Positions 53,749 to 62,642 of a stretch of 64,000 nucleotides of DNA are shown one piece after another; within the stretch, counting starts at the first letter, position 1; each line of letters starts with the position of its first letter. The notes under the pieces were generated by a model. That model worked only from the letters and a program-made list of their open reading frames with translations. It was not told the DNA's origin and did not search any database. The stretch comes from a bacterium. GTDB taxonomy: Bacteria > Planctomycetota > JAFGQW01. The DNA is taken from the NCBI GenBank assembly GCA_030426805.1, contig JAUHXU010000003.1, forward strand, positions 1,027,220 to 1,091,219, in the 5' to 3' direction. The position numbers and the translations under genes are program-made.

Positions 53749-54039
53749 CTACAGCGTCGGGCTCGCCTTCGGCGGGCGTCCCGGAAGGAACACCGACGTG
53801 GGCTTCGGCCGGCTGCCCGGACGCGGGCGGACCTTGCCTGCGCGGAGCGGCTTGATCCGCTGCTTCTGCAGCGTGTAGGGGTTGAAGAAGAAGGCATCGT
53901 CCGTCGCCTGCTGCGGCGGCGGTGCCGGCACCGGGGCGGGCGTGCCCTCACTGGCGCCGACGAACGCAGCGAGGACGAGGGCGAACATGCCGCCTACGAT
54001 CACGCGCTTGCGCGTCAGTATCGAACGCAACTGACTCAT
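53749..54039 (-). CDS. Small single-TM, Pro-rich membrane protein, hypothetical
   Basis: The frame has high GC3. GGGGA lies 6 nt upstream of the ATG. The TM segment is VIVGGMFALVLAAFVGA. It sits at the head of the export-gene block. Confidence 0.55.
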   Translation of the reverse strand: MSQLRSILTRKRVIVGGMFALVLAAFVGASEGTPAPVPAPPPQQATDDAFFFNPYTLQKQRIKPLRAGKVRPRPGSRPKPTSVFLPGRPPKASPTL

Positions 54040-54683
54040 CTCGAATCCCCTGTCCGTTTCTCCTGATCACCCGGCACCGGTTCTCCGGCCGGTCCGCGCG
54101 ACGTCCCAGGTGTGTTGTCTTGCCCGGCCAACTCTCCGATGGCCTGGCGGCGCACCCATCACCCCGTGTCGGTGCGCAAACCCGTTTTGATCTGCTCCGG
54201 GAAGCTACACGACATCGCACCCCGGAGCCAAGGCAAAACCGCGAGATCCTCGAAAATCGCATCGCCTTCATCGGACCTTCAAGCCGCGTCGCGGGAGGCC
54301 GAATTCCACGCACGGCTCGGCTCGATTCGAGAATGTCGTGAAGATCCCGTAGGCGCGAGAAGACGTGATCGCCAGGCTCGATCCGAGACGGTCGTCGTAA
54401 GTGCTTGTCGATACGCGGATAGTCCCCGCGGCATCGGCCGGTTCGGGTGCTCGCTGGGACGTCGGGTCGGCCCGGACGCCCGAAAACGCCTGATTTCACC
54501 GCTTGCTCGCACCGCGGGATTCCCTTAGATTCTCGTGTCCTAGGCAATTCGACTCGATTGACGTCGCGCAAAAACGGGTGCGTGCAACCAGGGGGCATCC
54601 GCGGGGTGCTCGACATCATTCAGGCGCGCGTTCCCAACGAACGGGAACGTGCCTACGCATCGGGGAATGGAGAGACCAGGACC

Positions 54684-57470
54684 ATGTTCCGACTTCGCGC
54701 ATCACGGTTCGTAACGACCGTCGCGTGTGTCGCACTGTTCGCGAGTGCAGTGCCGGCCACCGACTGGTATGTGCGTCCGGACGGCAGCAACGCCAACGCG
54801 GGCACCGGCGCCACCGCGGCGCTCGCGTTCGCGACGATTCAACACGCCGTCGACACGGCCGTCTCCGGCGACACGATTCGCGTCGCCGCCGGCACCTACG
54901 TCGAGCAAGTCGTCATCCGCGACAAGAGCCTCGAGCTGTTCGGCGGCGTCGCGATGCCTGGCATTCCGGCCAGCACGACGACGATCCAAATGCCGGCGTC
55001 GCGTGCGATCGATGCGTCGAAGAAGCTCTCGAACACGATCGCCCCGATCGTGAACAGCTCGATCCAGGCGGACCCGTGCGTGTGGGTCGAAGACACGACG
55101 CCGTCCACGGCCGACGTCGAAGTCTACTTCTCGCGCTTCACGGTGGACGGCGCTTCGCTCGGCGACACCGCCGGCGGCCCCGCGTTCGTCGGCATCGTCT
55201 ACCGCGCGGCGCGCGGCGAGATCGTCTACTGCAACGTGAACAACTTCCAGGACCCGACGCCGAACGGCTTCCAGCGCGGCGCGGGCATCTGGATCGACGG
55301 CGATTCGTCCTTCGAGGGCGCGACGAACGTGCGCGTCTACCGCACGTCGACGTGCAACATCCAGAAGGGCCACCTGATCGCGAAGGTCGGCACCGCGAAC
55401 TTCGTCAACTGCACCTGCCGCGGCTACGGCCCGGTCGGCTTCATCTCGCAGAACGGCGTGCAGTTCTCGAGCAACGTCCGCGGCGGCCTGCACGGCTGCA
55501 ACATCTTCGGCTTCGAGTTCACCGGCGGGACGTTCTCGTCGTCCGGCGTGCTCGTCTTCGCGCCGACGCGTCGCCTCCGCATGACCGGCAACCACATCTC
55601 CGGGTGTGACGTCGGCATGAACATCGACGACGGCAGCGACTTCGGTCCGACGTCGCCGATCGGCACGAACTACGTCGAGGCGAACACGATCGAGGACTGC
55701 GCGTTCGTGAACCTCTTCACCGAGGCGCAGGGCACCGGCCTCTACCGCGGCAACCGCCTGCTCAACGCGCGGATCGCGGGTTCGCTCGCCGAGGACTTCG
55801 GTCCGTCGGTGGGCCCGAACACGTGGCGCCACAACATCTACGACGACATCGTCGTGCCGGGTCCCCGGCTCGTCGGCGGGTCGGCGAGCGTCAGCGACAG
55901 CGACGCGCGCGTCCAGCCGGCATCGTTCCAGGCGCCGGCGTCGATCGACACCGCGCAGAGCGATCCCACCGGCGTCGTCGCCCGCGACTTCAACGGCGAC
56001 GGCTACGTGGACGTCGCGTTCGTGAACAACACCGGCGACAACGTCCGCGTGTGGTACGGCAACGGCGCGGGCGCGTTCCCGCTCGGCCAGACCGTGTCGC
56101 TGCCCGGCGGCTCGGCGCCGACCGCGATCGCGACCGGCAACTTGAACGGCGACACCGCGCCCGACCTCGCGGTCGCGTGTGCGAACGGAACGGTCGTCAC
56201 CGTGCTGAACAACCTCGGCGGGGTCGCGTTCCCGGCCGCGGCGACCGCCGCGACGATCCTCGGCACCGGCATCTCGGCGAGCGAGTCGCCGTCGGCGATC
56301 GCCGTCGGTGACGTGGACGGTGCGAACCGCGACGACATCCTCGTGTCGCTCGCCGGCACCGCGCCGGCCGTCCTCGGCGGTGCGCGCCTGCTGACGAACA
56401 CGGGCACGGGCACGTCGTTCGTCGGGAGCGCGCCGTTCGGGCTGATCGGCTCGAGCCGCGGTTGCGCGCTCGGCGACATCGACCTCGACGGAGATCTCGA
56501 CGCGGTCGTGACCGACGCCGGGCTCAACGCGCCGACGTCGCTGTTGAACGTGCACACGTATCGCAACATCGCCGGCCTGTTCATCGCCGGCCCGGTGCTC
56601 ACCGGCGGCCTCGGCCCGCGCGGTGTGACGATCGACAACCTGGACGGCCTGGACGCGCCGGAGATCATCTGCGCGAACTTCGGCAACCCGCCGCTCGTCA
56701 CGGGCAGCGTCTCGGTGTTCCCGAACACGAGCACGCCGGCGGGCTTCTCGATCGCGCCGGCCGTGACGACGAACACCGACCAGGGCGCGCACGCGGTCGT
56801 CGCGGGCGACTTCCTCGGCGATCGCAACGACGGCCCGGTGCACCGCGACGTCGCGGTGATCAACCTGGTCGGCGGCACGATCACGCTGCTGCAGGACTGG
56901 CGCTCGCACAAGATCTCGTCGGGCTCGGGGGCGTTCGGACGCACCGCGACGATCACCGCCCCGTCGGCCCCGGCCGGCATCGCGCTCGCGGACCTGAACC
57001 GCGACGTGGCGGCCGACCTGGTCGTGTGTGACACGACGACCGACACGGTGGACTGGTATCGCGGGGACAACCACGCGGTGCTCGCCTACTTCGGCCAGGG
57101 CTGCCGTGGCGCCAACGGCGTTGCGCCGATCGTGCTGACCGAAGGTGGCCACGCGCTGCTGTCGAACCCCGACTTCGCGATCGCGATCGACAACGCTCGC
57201 CCGGGCGCGACCGCGTTCCTCGTCGGTTCGCTCGCGCGCGTGAACCCGGTGCCGGAGAACTGCGCGATCCTCGTGACGCTGATCAACGTGTTCTTCCCGA
57301 CGACTACGAACGGTTCCGGCTTCGCGAAGCTGCCGATTCCGTTGCCGGCCGGCCCGCCGGTGATCGTCGGGTTCAACATCTACTGGCAGTGGGGCGTGTT
57401 CGATCCGGGCGCTGAGTTCGCCGGAACGGCCGCGATCACGAACGCGATGCGGACCGTCCTCGGCCGCTGA
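54684..57470 (+). CDS. Secreted 928-aa protein: right-handed beta-helix (DUF1565/pectate-lyase-like) + FG-GAP/VCBS repeats
   Basis: ATG at 54684 with GGAGAG upstream. Signal FVTTVACVALFASAVPA. WYVRPDGSNANAGTG...TIQHAVD...GDTIRVAAGTY is present. There are repeated DFNGDGYVDV/GDIDLDGDLD motifs. Confidence 0.85.
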   Translation: MFRLRASRFVTTVACVALFASAVPATDWYVRPDGSNANAGTGATAALAFATIQHAVDTAVSGDTIRVAAGTYVEQVVIRDKSLELFGGVAMPGIPASTTTIQMPASRAIDASKKLSNTIAPIVNSSIQADPCVWVEDTTPSTADVEVYFSRFTVDGASLGDTAGGPAFVGIVYRAARGEIVYCNVNNFQDPTPNGFQRGAGIWIDGDSSFEGATNVRVYRTSTCNIQKGHLIAKVGTANFVNCTCRGYGPVGFISQNGVQFSSNVRGGLHGCNIFGFEFTGGTFSSSGVLVFAPTRRLRMTGNHISGCDVGMNIDDGSDFGPTSPIGTNYVEANTIEDCAFVNLFTEAQGTGLYRGNRLLNARIAGSLAEDFGPSVGPNTWRHNIYDDIVVPGPRLVGGSASVSDSDARVQPASFQAPASIDTAQSDPTGVVARDFNGDGYVDVAFVNNTGDNVRVWYGNGAGAFPLGQTVSLPGGSAPTAIATGNLNGDTAPDLAVACANGTVVTVLNNLGGVAFPAAATAATILGTGISASESPSAIAVGDVDGANRDDILVSLAGTAPAVLGGARLLTNTGTGTSFVGSAPFGLIGSSRGCALGDIDLDGDLDAVVTDAGLNAPTSLLNVHTYRNIAGLFIAGPVLTGGLGPRGVTIDNLDGLDAPEIICANFGNPPLVTGSVSVFPNTSTPAGFSIAPAVTTNTDQGAHAVVAGDFLGDRNDGPVHRDVAVINLVGGTITLLQDWRSHKISSGSGAFGRTATITAPSAPAGIALADLNRDVAADLVVCDTTTDTVDWYRGDNHAVLAYFGQGCRGANGVAPIVLTEGGHALLSNPDFAIAIDNARPGATAFLVGSLARVNPVPENCAILVTLINVFFPTTTNGSGFAKLPIPLPAGPPVIVGFNIYWQWGVFDPGAEFAGTAAITNAMRTVLGR

Positions 57471-57686
57471 TTCGGCCAACCCCGCATTCCGGAGCTGCGC
57501 GCCCGGTTCACCTCGGTGGACCGGGCGCGTCGCGTTGATGGGCGAATCGAGACGATCCCGAAACGCGACGCGCGGGGAGGCTTTGCGCCGGCCGCATGGT
57601 TCGGCTACGCTTCAAGTGCCATTGGAGAGTGCAATCGACTTGCGTCACGGGTGGGTGTCGCGAGAAGTTCGGAGGACATTGAGCAG

Positions 57687-59414
57687 ATGATTCGGGGACA
57701 CTTCGGCCGCCTCGTGTGCGGTTTCGTCACGTTGTGGATCGCGGCGGGATCCGTCGCCGCACAGGGCAACCAGCCGTTCTATCAAGTCAGCGGCGCATCG
57801 CCGGACGCGAAGATGGGCGTGAGCGTTGCGCGCGTGCCCGACATCGACGGCGATGGCAACGACGAGTTCGTCGCGGGTAGCCACCGCTTCGACGGCCCGA
57901 CCGGCGCGGACGTCGGTCGCGTGTCGGTCTACAGCGGCAAGACCGGACGCGTGCTCTGGCACTACCAGGGCGGGCAGGCCGGTGGGCTCCTCGGCCACAA
58001 CGTGTGGGGGATCGCCTCGACGGCGACGACCACCGGCACCGGCTGGATCGTCGCAGGCGCGTATCGCTACTCCTCGTTGATGACCGGCCCCGGTCGAAAC
58101 GGTCGCGTCGAGGTGCTCGACCACAACGGCAACTTCGTGTGGGGCCGGAACGGCACCAACCCGAGCGACGAGCTGAGCTACTCGCTCGGTTCGCTCGACT
58201 TGAACGGCGACGGTAACGACGACGTGATCGCCGGTGCGTGGAACTCCTCGTCGGGCACGTTCCTCGGTGGCGAGGTCTTCATCTTCGACGGCACCAACGG
58301 CAGCACGCTGCGCGCGCACCTTCCTGCGAACGCGCGTGAGCGCCTCGGCTCCGGCCTCGCCGGCGTCGGCAACATCGACGGCGACACGGTGCCGGACTAC
58401 GTGATCGGCGCGCTCGACGCACCGGGCGGCACGACCGCCGGCCCGGGCGCGGTCTACGTGATGGCCGGCGCGAGTGGCGCGACCCTCGCGACGCTGGTCG
58501 GGATGCCGGGCTCGGTGGACTTTGGCCACCACGTCACCGGCCTCGATGACCTGAACAACGACGGCTTCAACGAGTTCCTCGTCGGCGATCCGACGCACAA
58601 CAACGGACCGAACGTCGCGGCCGGCATGGTCTACGTCTACTCCGGTCAGGCGCCGTATCCGATCCTCACGACGATTCCCGGCCCGCTGGCCGGCGTGCGC
58701 TTCGGTCGGTTCGCGGCGCGCGTGCCGGACACGAACGGGGATACCGTCGACGAGTTCGCCGTCGGTGCGCCGCTCTACTCGGGGCTGAACCAGAACCTCG
58801 GCGCGGTCTTCCTCTACGACGGCGCGACGCAGACCCTGATCCGCCGGTACGACGGCCCGAGCGCGAACAGCCAGTTCGGCTTCGCGGTGTGCGGCCTCAA
58901 CGACGTCAACGACGACAACCGCGGCGACCTCGCGGTGGGCGCGTTCCAGTATCAGCTCCAGAACGTGCCGGGACCGTTCACGTTCTCGCGCGGCCGCACG
59001 CAGGTGTTCGTCGAGGAGACGCTGACCGCTTCGGCGTCCACGCTGTCGGTCTCGAACCCGCAGCCGATCAACTTCGCGATCGACGCCGGCACCCGACACG
59101 CCGGCCGCACGTATCAGCTGCTGTTCACCGCGAACGGCTTCCTGCCCGGGTTCCAGATCCCGGCGATCAACATGCACCTGCCGCTCAACCCGGGGCAGAT
59201 CTTCATCCTGTCGTTCAACATCTCGAACTCGCCGGTCTTCCAGAACGCGTTCGCGGTGACAAACGCGCAGGGTAAGGGACAAGCCACACTGAACGTGCCG
59301 CCGGGACTCCTCGCCGGCCAAGGCAACTCCGGCATCAACTTCCGCTTCGCCTACTACATGGTCGTCCGGCAGGACCACAGCTCGAACATGTGGCGCGTAG
59401 GCCTCGTGCCGTAG
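57687..59414 (+). CDS. Secreted FG-GAP (integrin-alpha-like) repeat protein
   Basis: ATG at 57687. Signal LVCGFVTLWIAAGSVAAQ. There are repeated DIDGDGNDEFVAG / DLNGDGNDDVIAG / DLNNDGFNEFLVG / DVNDDNRGDLAVG motifs. Confidence 0.85.
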   Translation: MIRGHFGRLVCGFVTLWIAAGSVAAQGNQPFYQVSGASPDAKMGVSVARVPDIDGDGNDEFVAGSHRFDGPTGADVGRVSVYSGKTGRVLWHYQGGQAGGLLGHNVWGIASTATTTGTGWIVAGAYRYSSLMTGPGRNGRVEVLDHNGNFVWGRNGTNPSDELSYSLGSLDLNGDGNDDVIAGAWNSSSGTFLGGEVFIFDGTNGSTLRAHLPANARERLGSGLAGVGNIDGDTVPDYVIGALDAPGGTTAGPGAVYVMAGASGATLATLVGMPGSVDFGHHVTGLDDLNNDGFNEFLVGDPTHNNGPNVAAGMVYVYSGQAPYPILTTIPGPLAGVRFGRFAARVPDTNGDTVDEFAVGAPLYSGLNQNLGAVFLYDGATQTLIRRYDGPSANSQFGFAVCGLNDVNDDNRGDLAVGAFQYQLQNVPGPFTFSRGRTQVFVEETLTASASTLSVSNPQPINFAIDAGTRHAGRTYQLLFTANGFLPGFQIPAINMHLPLNPGQIFILSFNISNSPVFQNAFAVTNAQGKGQATLNVPPGLLAGQGNSGINFRFAYYMVVRQDHSSNMWRVGLVP

Positions 59415-59430
59415 GAGTCGGGCAACCTGG

Positions 59431-59820
59431 CTACAGCAATTCGGCGAGCCGCAGCGGCGTGATGATCGTCACGACGCCGACGCGTGTGTCGAAGAGGTGC
59501 CCGAAGTCGCGCCGATCGCCGGTGACGAAGTAGTCGCTCCCGGAGCGGATCGCTGCGCACAGAAGCGGGACGTCCTTATCGTCGAGCTCCACGGGCAGTT
59601 GGAAGATCGACGATGGGACGATCTCGACCGCGCTGAGCAGTTCGTCGAAAGCGCTCACCCAGGCGGCCCGTTTGAGGGAGAGATTTCGCCGCGCCTCGGC
59701 GCGGGCAACGTCGGACGTGAGCAGCGTCGCTTGTTCAGCTGTTTGGGCGATGAGGCGTGCGAACGCGCTTCCCGGCTGACTCGCGGAGAATAGCACGTTC
59801 GCGTCGAGGAAGACGCGCAT
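59431..59820 (-). CDS. vapC: PIN-domain toxin
   Basis: MRVFLDANVLFSA (first acidic residue) and YFVTGDRRDF. It starts 3 nt after the antitoxin stop. Confidence 0.85.
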   Translation of the reverse strand: MRVFLDANVLFSASQPGSAFARLIAQTAEQATLLTSDVARAEARRNLSLKRAAWVSAFDELLSAVEIVPSSIFQLPVELDDKDVPLLCAAIRSGSDYFVTGDRRDFGHLFDTRVGVVTIITPLRLAELL

Positions 59821-59823
59821 GCG

Positions 59824-60054
59824 TCAGTCCCGTTCGCGCAGGAGTCGCTCGATCGCCGGGGCGTCGCTCGCGAACTCCTCGATTCTCTCCTCCGTGTAGA
59901 TCTCCACCGGAATGCTCACGGTGGGTCGAAGCAGGATCCCGTCAGGGGTCGTCTCCGCGACGAGCACCTCGCCCGCTTCCAGGCCTAGCGCCCGGCGTAG
60001 CTTCGCGGGGAGCGTGATCACGCCCCTGGCGTTCATCGTGATGTGTTCCTTCAT
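59824..60054 (-). CDS. vapB: AbrB/SpoVT-family antitoxin
   Basis: The NARGVITLPAKLRRALGLEAGEVLV swapped-hairpin motif is present. An alternative ATG lies at 60036. Confidence 0.8.
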   Translation of the reverse strand: MKEHITMNARGVITLPAKLRRALGLEAGEVLVAETTPDGILLRPTVSIPVEIYTEERIEEFASDAPAIERLLRERD

Positions 60055-60085
60055 GAGCCCGGCTCCGGGTGGTGGGTCTACAGCA

Positions 60086-60102
60086 ATACTGTATTACAGT
60101 AT
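60086..60102. promoter_or_regulatory. Perfect 17-bp palindrome upstream of vapB (candidate autoregulatory operator)
   Basis: ATACTGTA-T-TACAGTAT. On the minus strand a TATACT -10-like hexamer (60098-60103) overlaps one arm. Confidence 0.55.
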
Positions 60103-60154
60103 ATCGGGAATACGGCTGGCGGCAAGCGGTTGCTCGGGCGCGCCTATTGTCAAT

Positions 60155-60182
60155 GTCGAGAGCGGGTTACGTAGCTCTCGAC
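60155..60182 (-). terminator. Hairpin with 8-bp stem just downstream of the DUF4132 gene (no U-tract)
   Basis: GTCGAGAG (60155-60162) pairs with CTCTCGAC (60175-60182) across a 12-nt loop. It lies 13 nt after the stop at 60195. Confidence 0.35.
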
Positions 60183-60194
60183 GAACGGTGGCGA

Positions 60195-62639
60195 TCAGCC
60201 GATCTGGCTGAGGATCGTGCGGTCGGTGATCTTGGTGTCGGCGGCGAGGAGGAAGGCCTTGCTGAGGATCGTCGCCAGGGTGGCGTCTCCCTCGAAGGGG
60301 AGGAAGACGCGCTTGGAGGCGGCGGTCCCGGCGGCGGCGCCTCGGCCGGGGACGATGCACAGATACTGGTCGTTCGGCTCCATCAGGATGTTGGCGCTGC
60401 CGAGGTGGATCTTGTAGGTGCGCCGGTCGCCGCGGACGACGAGGAAGCGTTCGGTCAGCGTGCAGCGGTCGGCGATCTTGAGCGCCGGCACGAGCCCCTC
60501 GAGCACGGTGCGGCGCGTCTCGGCAGTGGCGGACAGCTCACCGAACGAGTAGGACGTCCAGTAGTCGCGGTAGCGTCCTTCGGGGCCGCCGTCTTCCCAC
60601 GCCGGGTCGTTGCCGACGCTCGCGACGCCGACGAACAGGTCGACGTCGCGGAGCACTTCGGTGAGCACGCGCGGCGGGACGTCGGCGATCGGCACCGGCT
60701 CGGCGCCGCGCTCCCCGCGGTGCCAGTGCGTGTCGGGGGCGGCGTCCGGGTCGGCGTCGCGGTAGAAGCGCACCTGGTCGGTGGCCACGTAGAGGTAGAT
60801 GCCGGACTCGCTGACGTCGGTCTCGTAGTCGTCGTTCGTCGGGTCGGTCCAGAACTCGGCGTGCAGACCGGCGCTCGGGATCGCGAGCGTCGCGGTGGAG
60901 TCCGGCGAATCCCACGCGCCGCGGAGCGCGTAGTGCCAGCCGCGCGCATCGCACAGCGCCTTGAACTGGTGCTGCTTCAGGATGTGCGACGCGAAGCGGT
61001 TCGAGTAGACGCGCGTCGTGCGCTCGGCATCGGTGAGCAGGTAGACCTCGCGGTGGGCCTGCTTGAACGGCTGGCGCACGCGGTGCTCGACGAGCCATGC
61101 GCGCCACGCGGCGACCTCGTCCGCGTCGTCGTCCATCGGGTGCCACAGCTCGACCTCGGCCTCGGGCCAGTCGATCGGGATCCCGTCGCGGTCGACGATG
61201 CGGCCGTCGTGCCACGCGCCGATCGCCTCGCGGTCGTCGCCGCGGAAGCGCCAGATCAGTCGGCGCGTGATCGTGCCGACGAGCGGGTGGTCCACGTAGC
61301 GTTCGCGCCACGTCGCGACCGGCCAGCGGCGCCGCGTGAGGAGCGTGGCTTCGATGCGGTGCGCCTGCGCGGTGACGAGCTTCTGGATGTCCTTCACGTC
61401 GGCGCGCAGCGACTTCAACGCGGCGGCGTGGTCGCGCTTGACCGCGGCGGGCACGGTCTTCTGGAGCTTCCCCGCGGCGGTGCGCCACGCGAGGTCGGTC
61501 GACGCGTTGCCGGTCACCGTCACGACGGCGACGTGTTCGCCGAGCGTGCGTTCGAGCCGGCCGACCGCCGCGAAGCCGTATTCGGGGACGCCGATCTCCT
61601 CGAGGTCGTCGCGCGACAGACCCGCAGCGTCCGCCGCCGCCGTGAGCGCTTTCTCGATGCTGTTCCTCGCGGTGCCGACCTTCACGCGCACGGCGAGCAC
61701 GCTGAGTTGCGCGACGCCCGAGAGCCCCTGCCGACCGAGCGCGAGGATCGCCGCGTTGCCGACCCGCACCGCGCGCGCACCGATCCCCGGGAGCTTCTTG
61801 AACGACGTGAGCGCCAGCGCGCCGAGTGCGCGGGCGACGTCGCGGTCTTCGGGCAGGTCGGCGCAGCACCACGCGAGCCCCTTCAGGACGTTGGCGTTCC
61901 GATCCAGCATCTGGCGCGACTCGTCCGCGGGGACGAGCGAGAACCAGCGGAGCACGCACTCGCGGAACCCGGGCGCCGCGCCGCGAAGCGTCGTCGCGGT
62001 GGCGCTCCACTTCGGCGTCGGTTTGCCCGCCTTCGCCCGCGCGACGTGATCGAGCAGGGCGGCCCATGCGGCCTTGGCGTCGGCGTCGAGGGCCGCGATG
62101 TCGGCGATCGCCGCGTCGGCCCACGCTTCGCCGGACTCGATTCGAGCGTCGGGGCCGTCGACGAGAGCCGTGATCCGCGCACGGAACTCGTCGATGCGCA
62201 CGTTGTCGTTGCAGTGCTGGCGGAGCGCTTGCCACGCCTTGCGTAGCGCCGAATCCCGCGTTGCCGCACCGTCGTTCTCGGCACGCGTGAGCAGCGTTGC
62301 GATCGCGGGGTATGCCTCGTCGCCGAATTCGGTGGTCGCAAACGCGAGGACCAGCGATTCCGTTTGGCGTGCGTCGAGCGGGGGGCCGTGTTCGACCAAC
62401 AGCGCGATCAGCCCATTGAGCAGCCTGCTCTCCAGCGCGCGGCCCTCCTCGAAGCATGCCGCGGCCCGCGGGAGCAGCGCATTCAGAAAGCGCAGTTTCG
62501 CTGCGGCGGGCTGGTTGCGGAGGCTCTGCCAGAGCGGGAGGTCGGACGATCGCGGCAATCGGCGGCCCCGGTCGCGGAAGGCCCAGTCGATCGCCCCGTC
62601 GATCAGCGCGTTCTCGGCCGCGAACGCGTCGTCGGTCAC
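60195..62639 (-). CDS. DUF4132 domain protein (MolR/YehI-like), 814 aa
   Basis: YVDHPLVGTITRRLIWRF, FKQAHREVYLLTDAE, and the C-terminal motif TYKIHLGSANILMEPNDQYLCIVP...LPFEGD...ILSKAFLLA. The GTG start lies 3 nt after the upstream stop. Confidence 0.85.
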   Translation of the reverse strand: MTDDAFAAENALIDGAIDWAFRDRGRRLPRSSDLPLWQSLRNQPAAAKLRFLNALLPRAAACFEEGRALESRLLNGLIALLVEHGPPLDARQTESLVLAFATTEFGDEAYPAIATLLTRAENDGAATRDSALRKAWQALRQHCNDNVRIDEFRARITALVDGPDARIESGEAWADAAIADIAALDADAKAAWAALLDHVARAKAGKPTPKWSATATTLRGAAPGFRECVLRWFSLVPADESRQMLDRNANVLKGLAWCCADLPEDRDVARALGALALTSFKKLPGIGARAVRVGNAAILALGRQGLSGVAQLSVLAVRVKVGTARNSIEKALTAAADAAGLSRDDLEEIGVPEYGFAAVGRLERTLGEHVAVVTVTGNASTDLAWRTAAGKLQKTVPAAVKRDHAAALKSLRADVKDIQKLVTAQAHRIEATLLTRRRWPVATWRERYVDHPLVGTITRRLIWRFRGDDREAIGAWHDGRIVDRDGIPIDWPEAEVELWHPMDDDADEVAAWRAWLVEHRVRQPFKQAHREVYLLTDAERTTRVYSNRFASHILKQHQFKALCDARGWHYALRGAWDSPDSTATLAIPSAGLHAEFWTDPTNDDYETDVSESGIYLYVATDQVRFYRDADPDAAPDTHWHRGERGAEPVPIADVPPRVLTEVLRDVDLFVGVASVGNDPAWEDGGPEGRYRDYWTSYSFGELSATAETRRTVLEGLVPALKIADRCTLTERFLVVRGDRRTYKIHLGSANILMEPNDQYLCIVPGRGAAAGTAASKRVFLPFEGDATLATILSKAFLLAADTKITDRTILSQIG

Positions 62640-62642
62640 CGC

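Noticed and set aside
54040-54683. A tRNA or other structured RNA gene in the long intergenic region
   Set aside because: No cloverleaf-compatible arms or conserved tRNA boxes could be found by eye. Only short hairpins of the kind expected by chance are present.
54702-59378. Minus-strand ORFs of 925 aa and 577 aa
   Set aside because: They are antisense to the two FG-GAP/beta-helix genes, which have signal peptides and repeated Ca-binding motifs.
60139-60154. TTGACA hexamer on the minus strand right after the DUF4132 hairpin as the vapB -35 box
   Set aside because: There is no acceptable -10 box at 16-18 nt spacing from it. The TATACT box overlapping the palindrome pairs better with a weaker TTGCCG. 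Promoter consensus in this lineage is unknown.
60069-62457. Plus-strand 725-aa ORF and minus-strand 639-aa ORF within the DUF4132 locus
   Set aside because: They are alternative frames of the DUF4132 gene. Only the 60195-62639 frame shows the conserved DUF4132 and C-terminal motifs.
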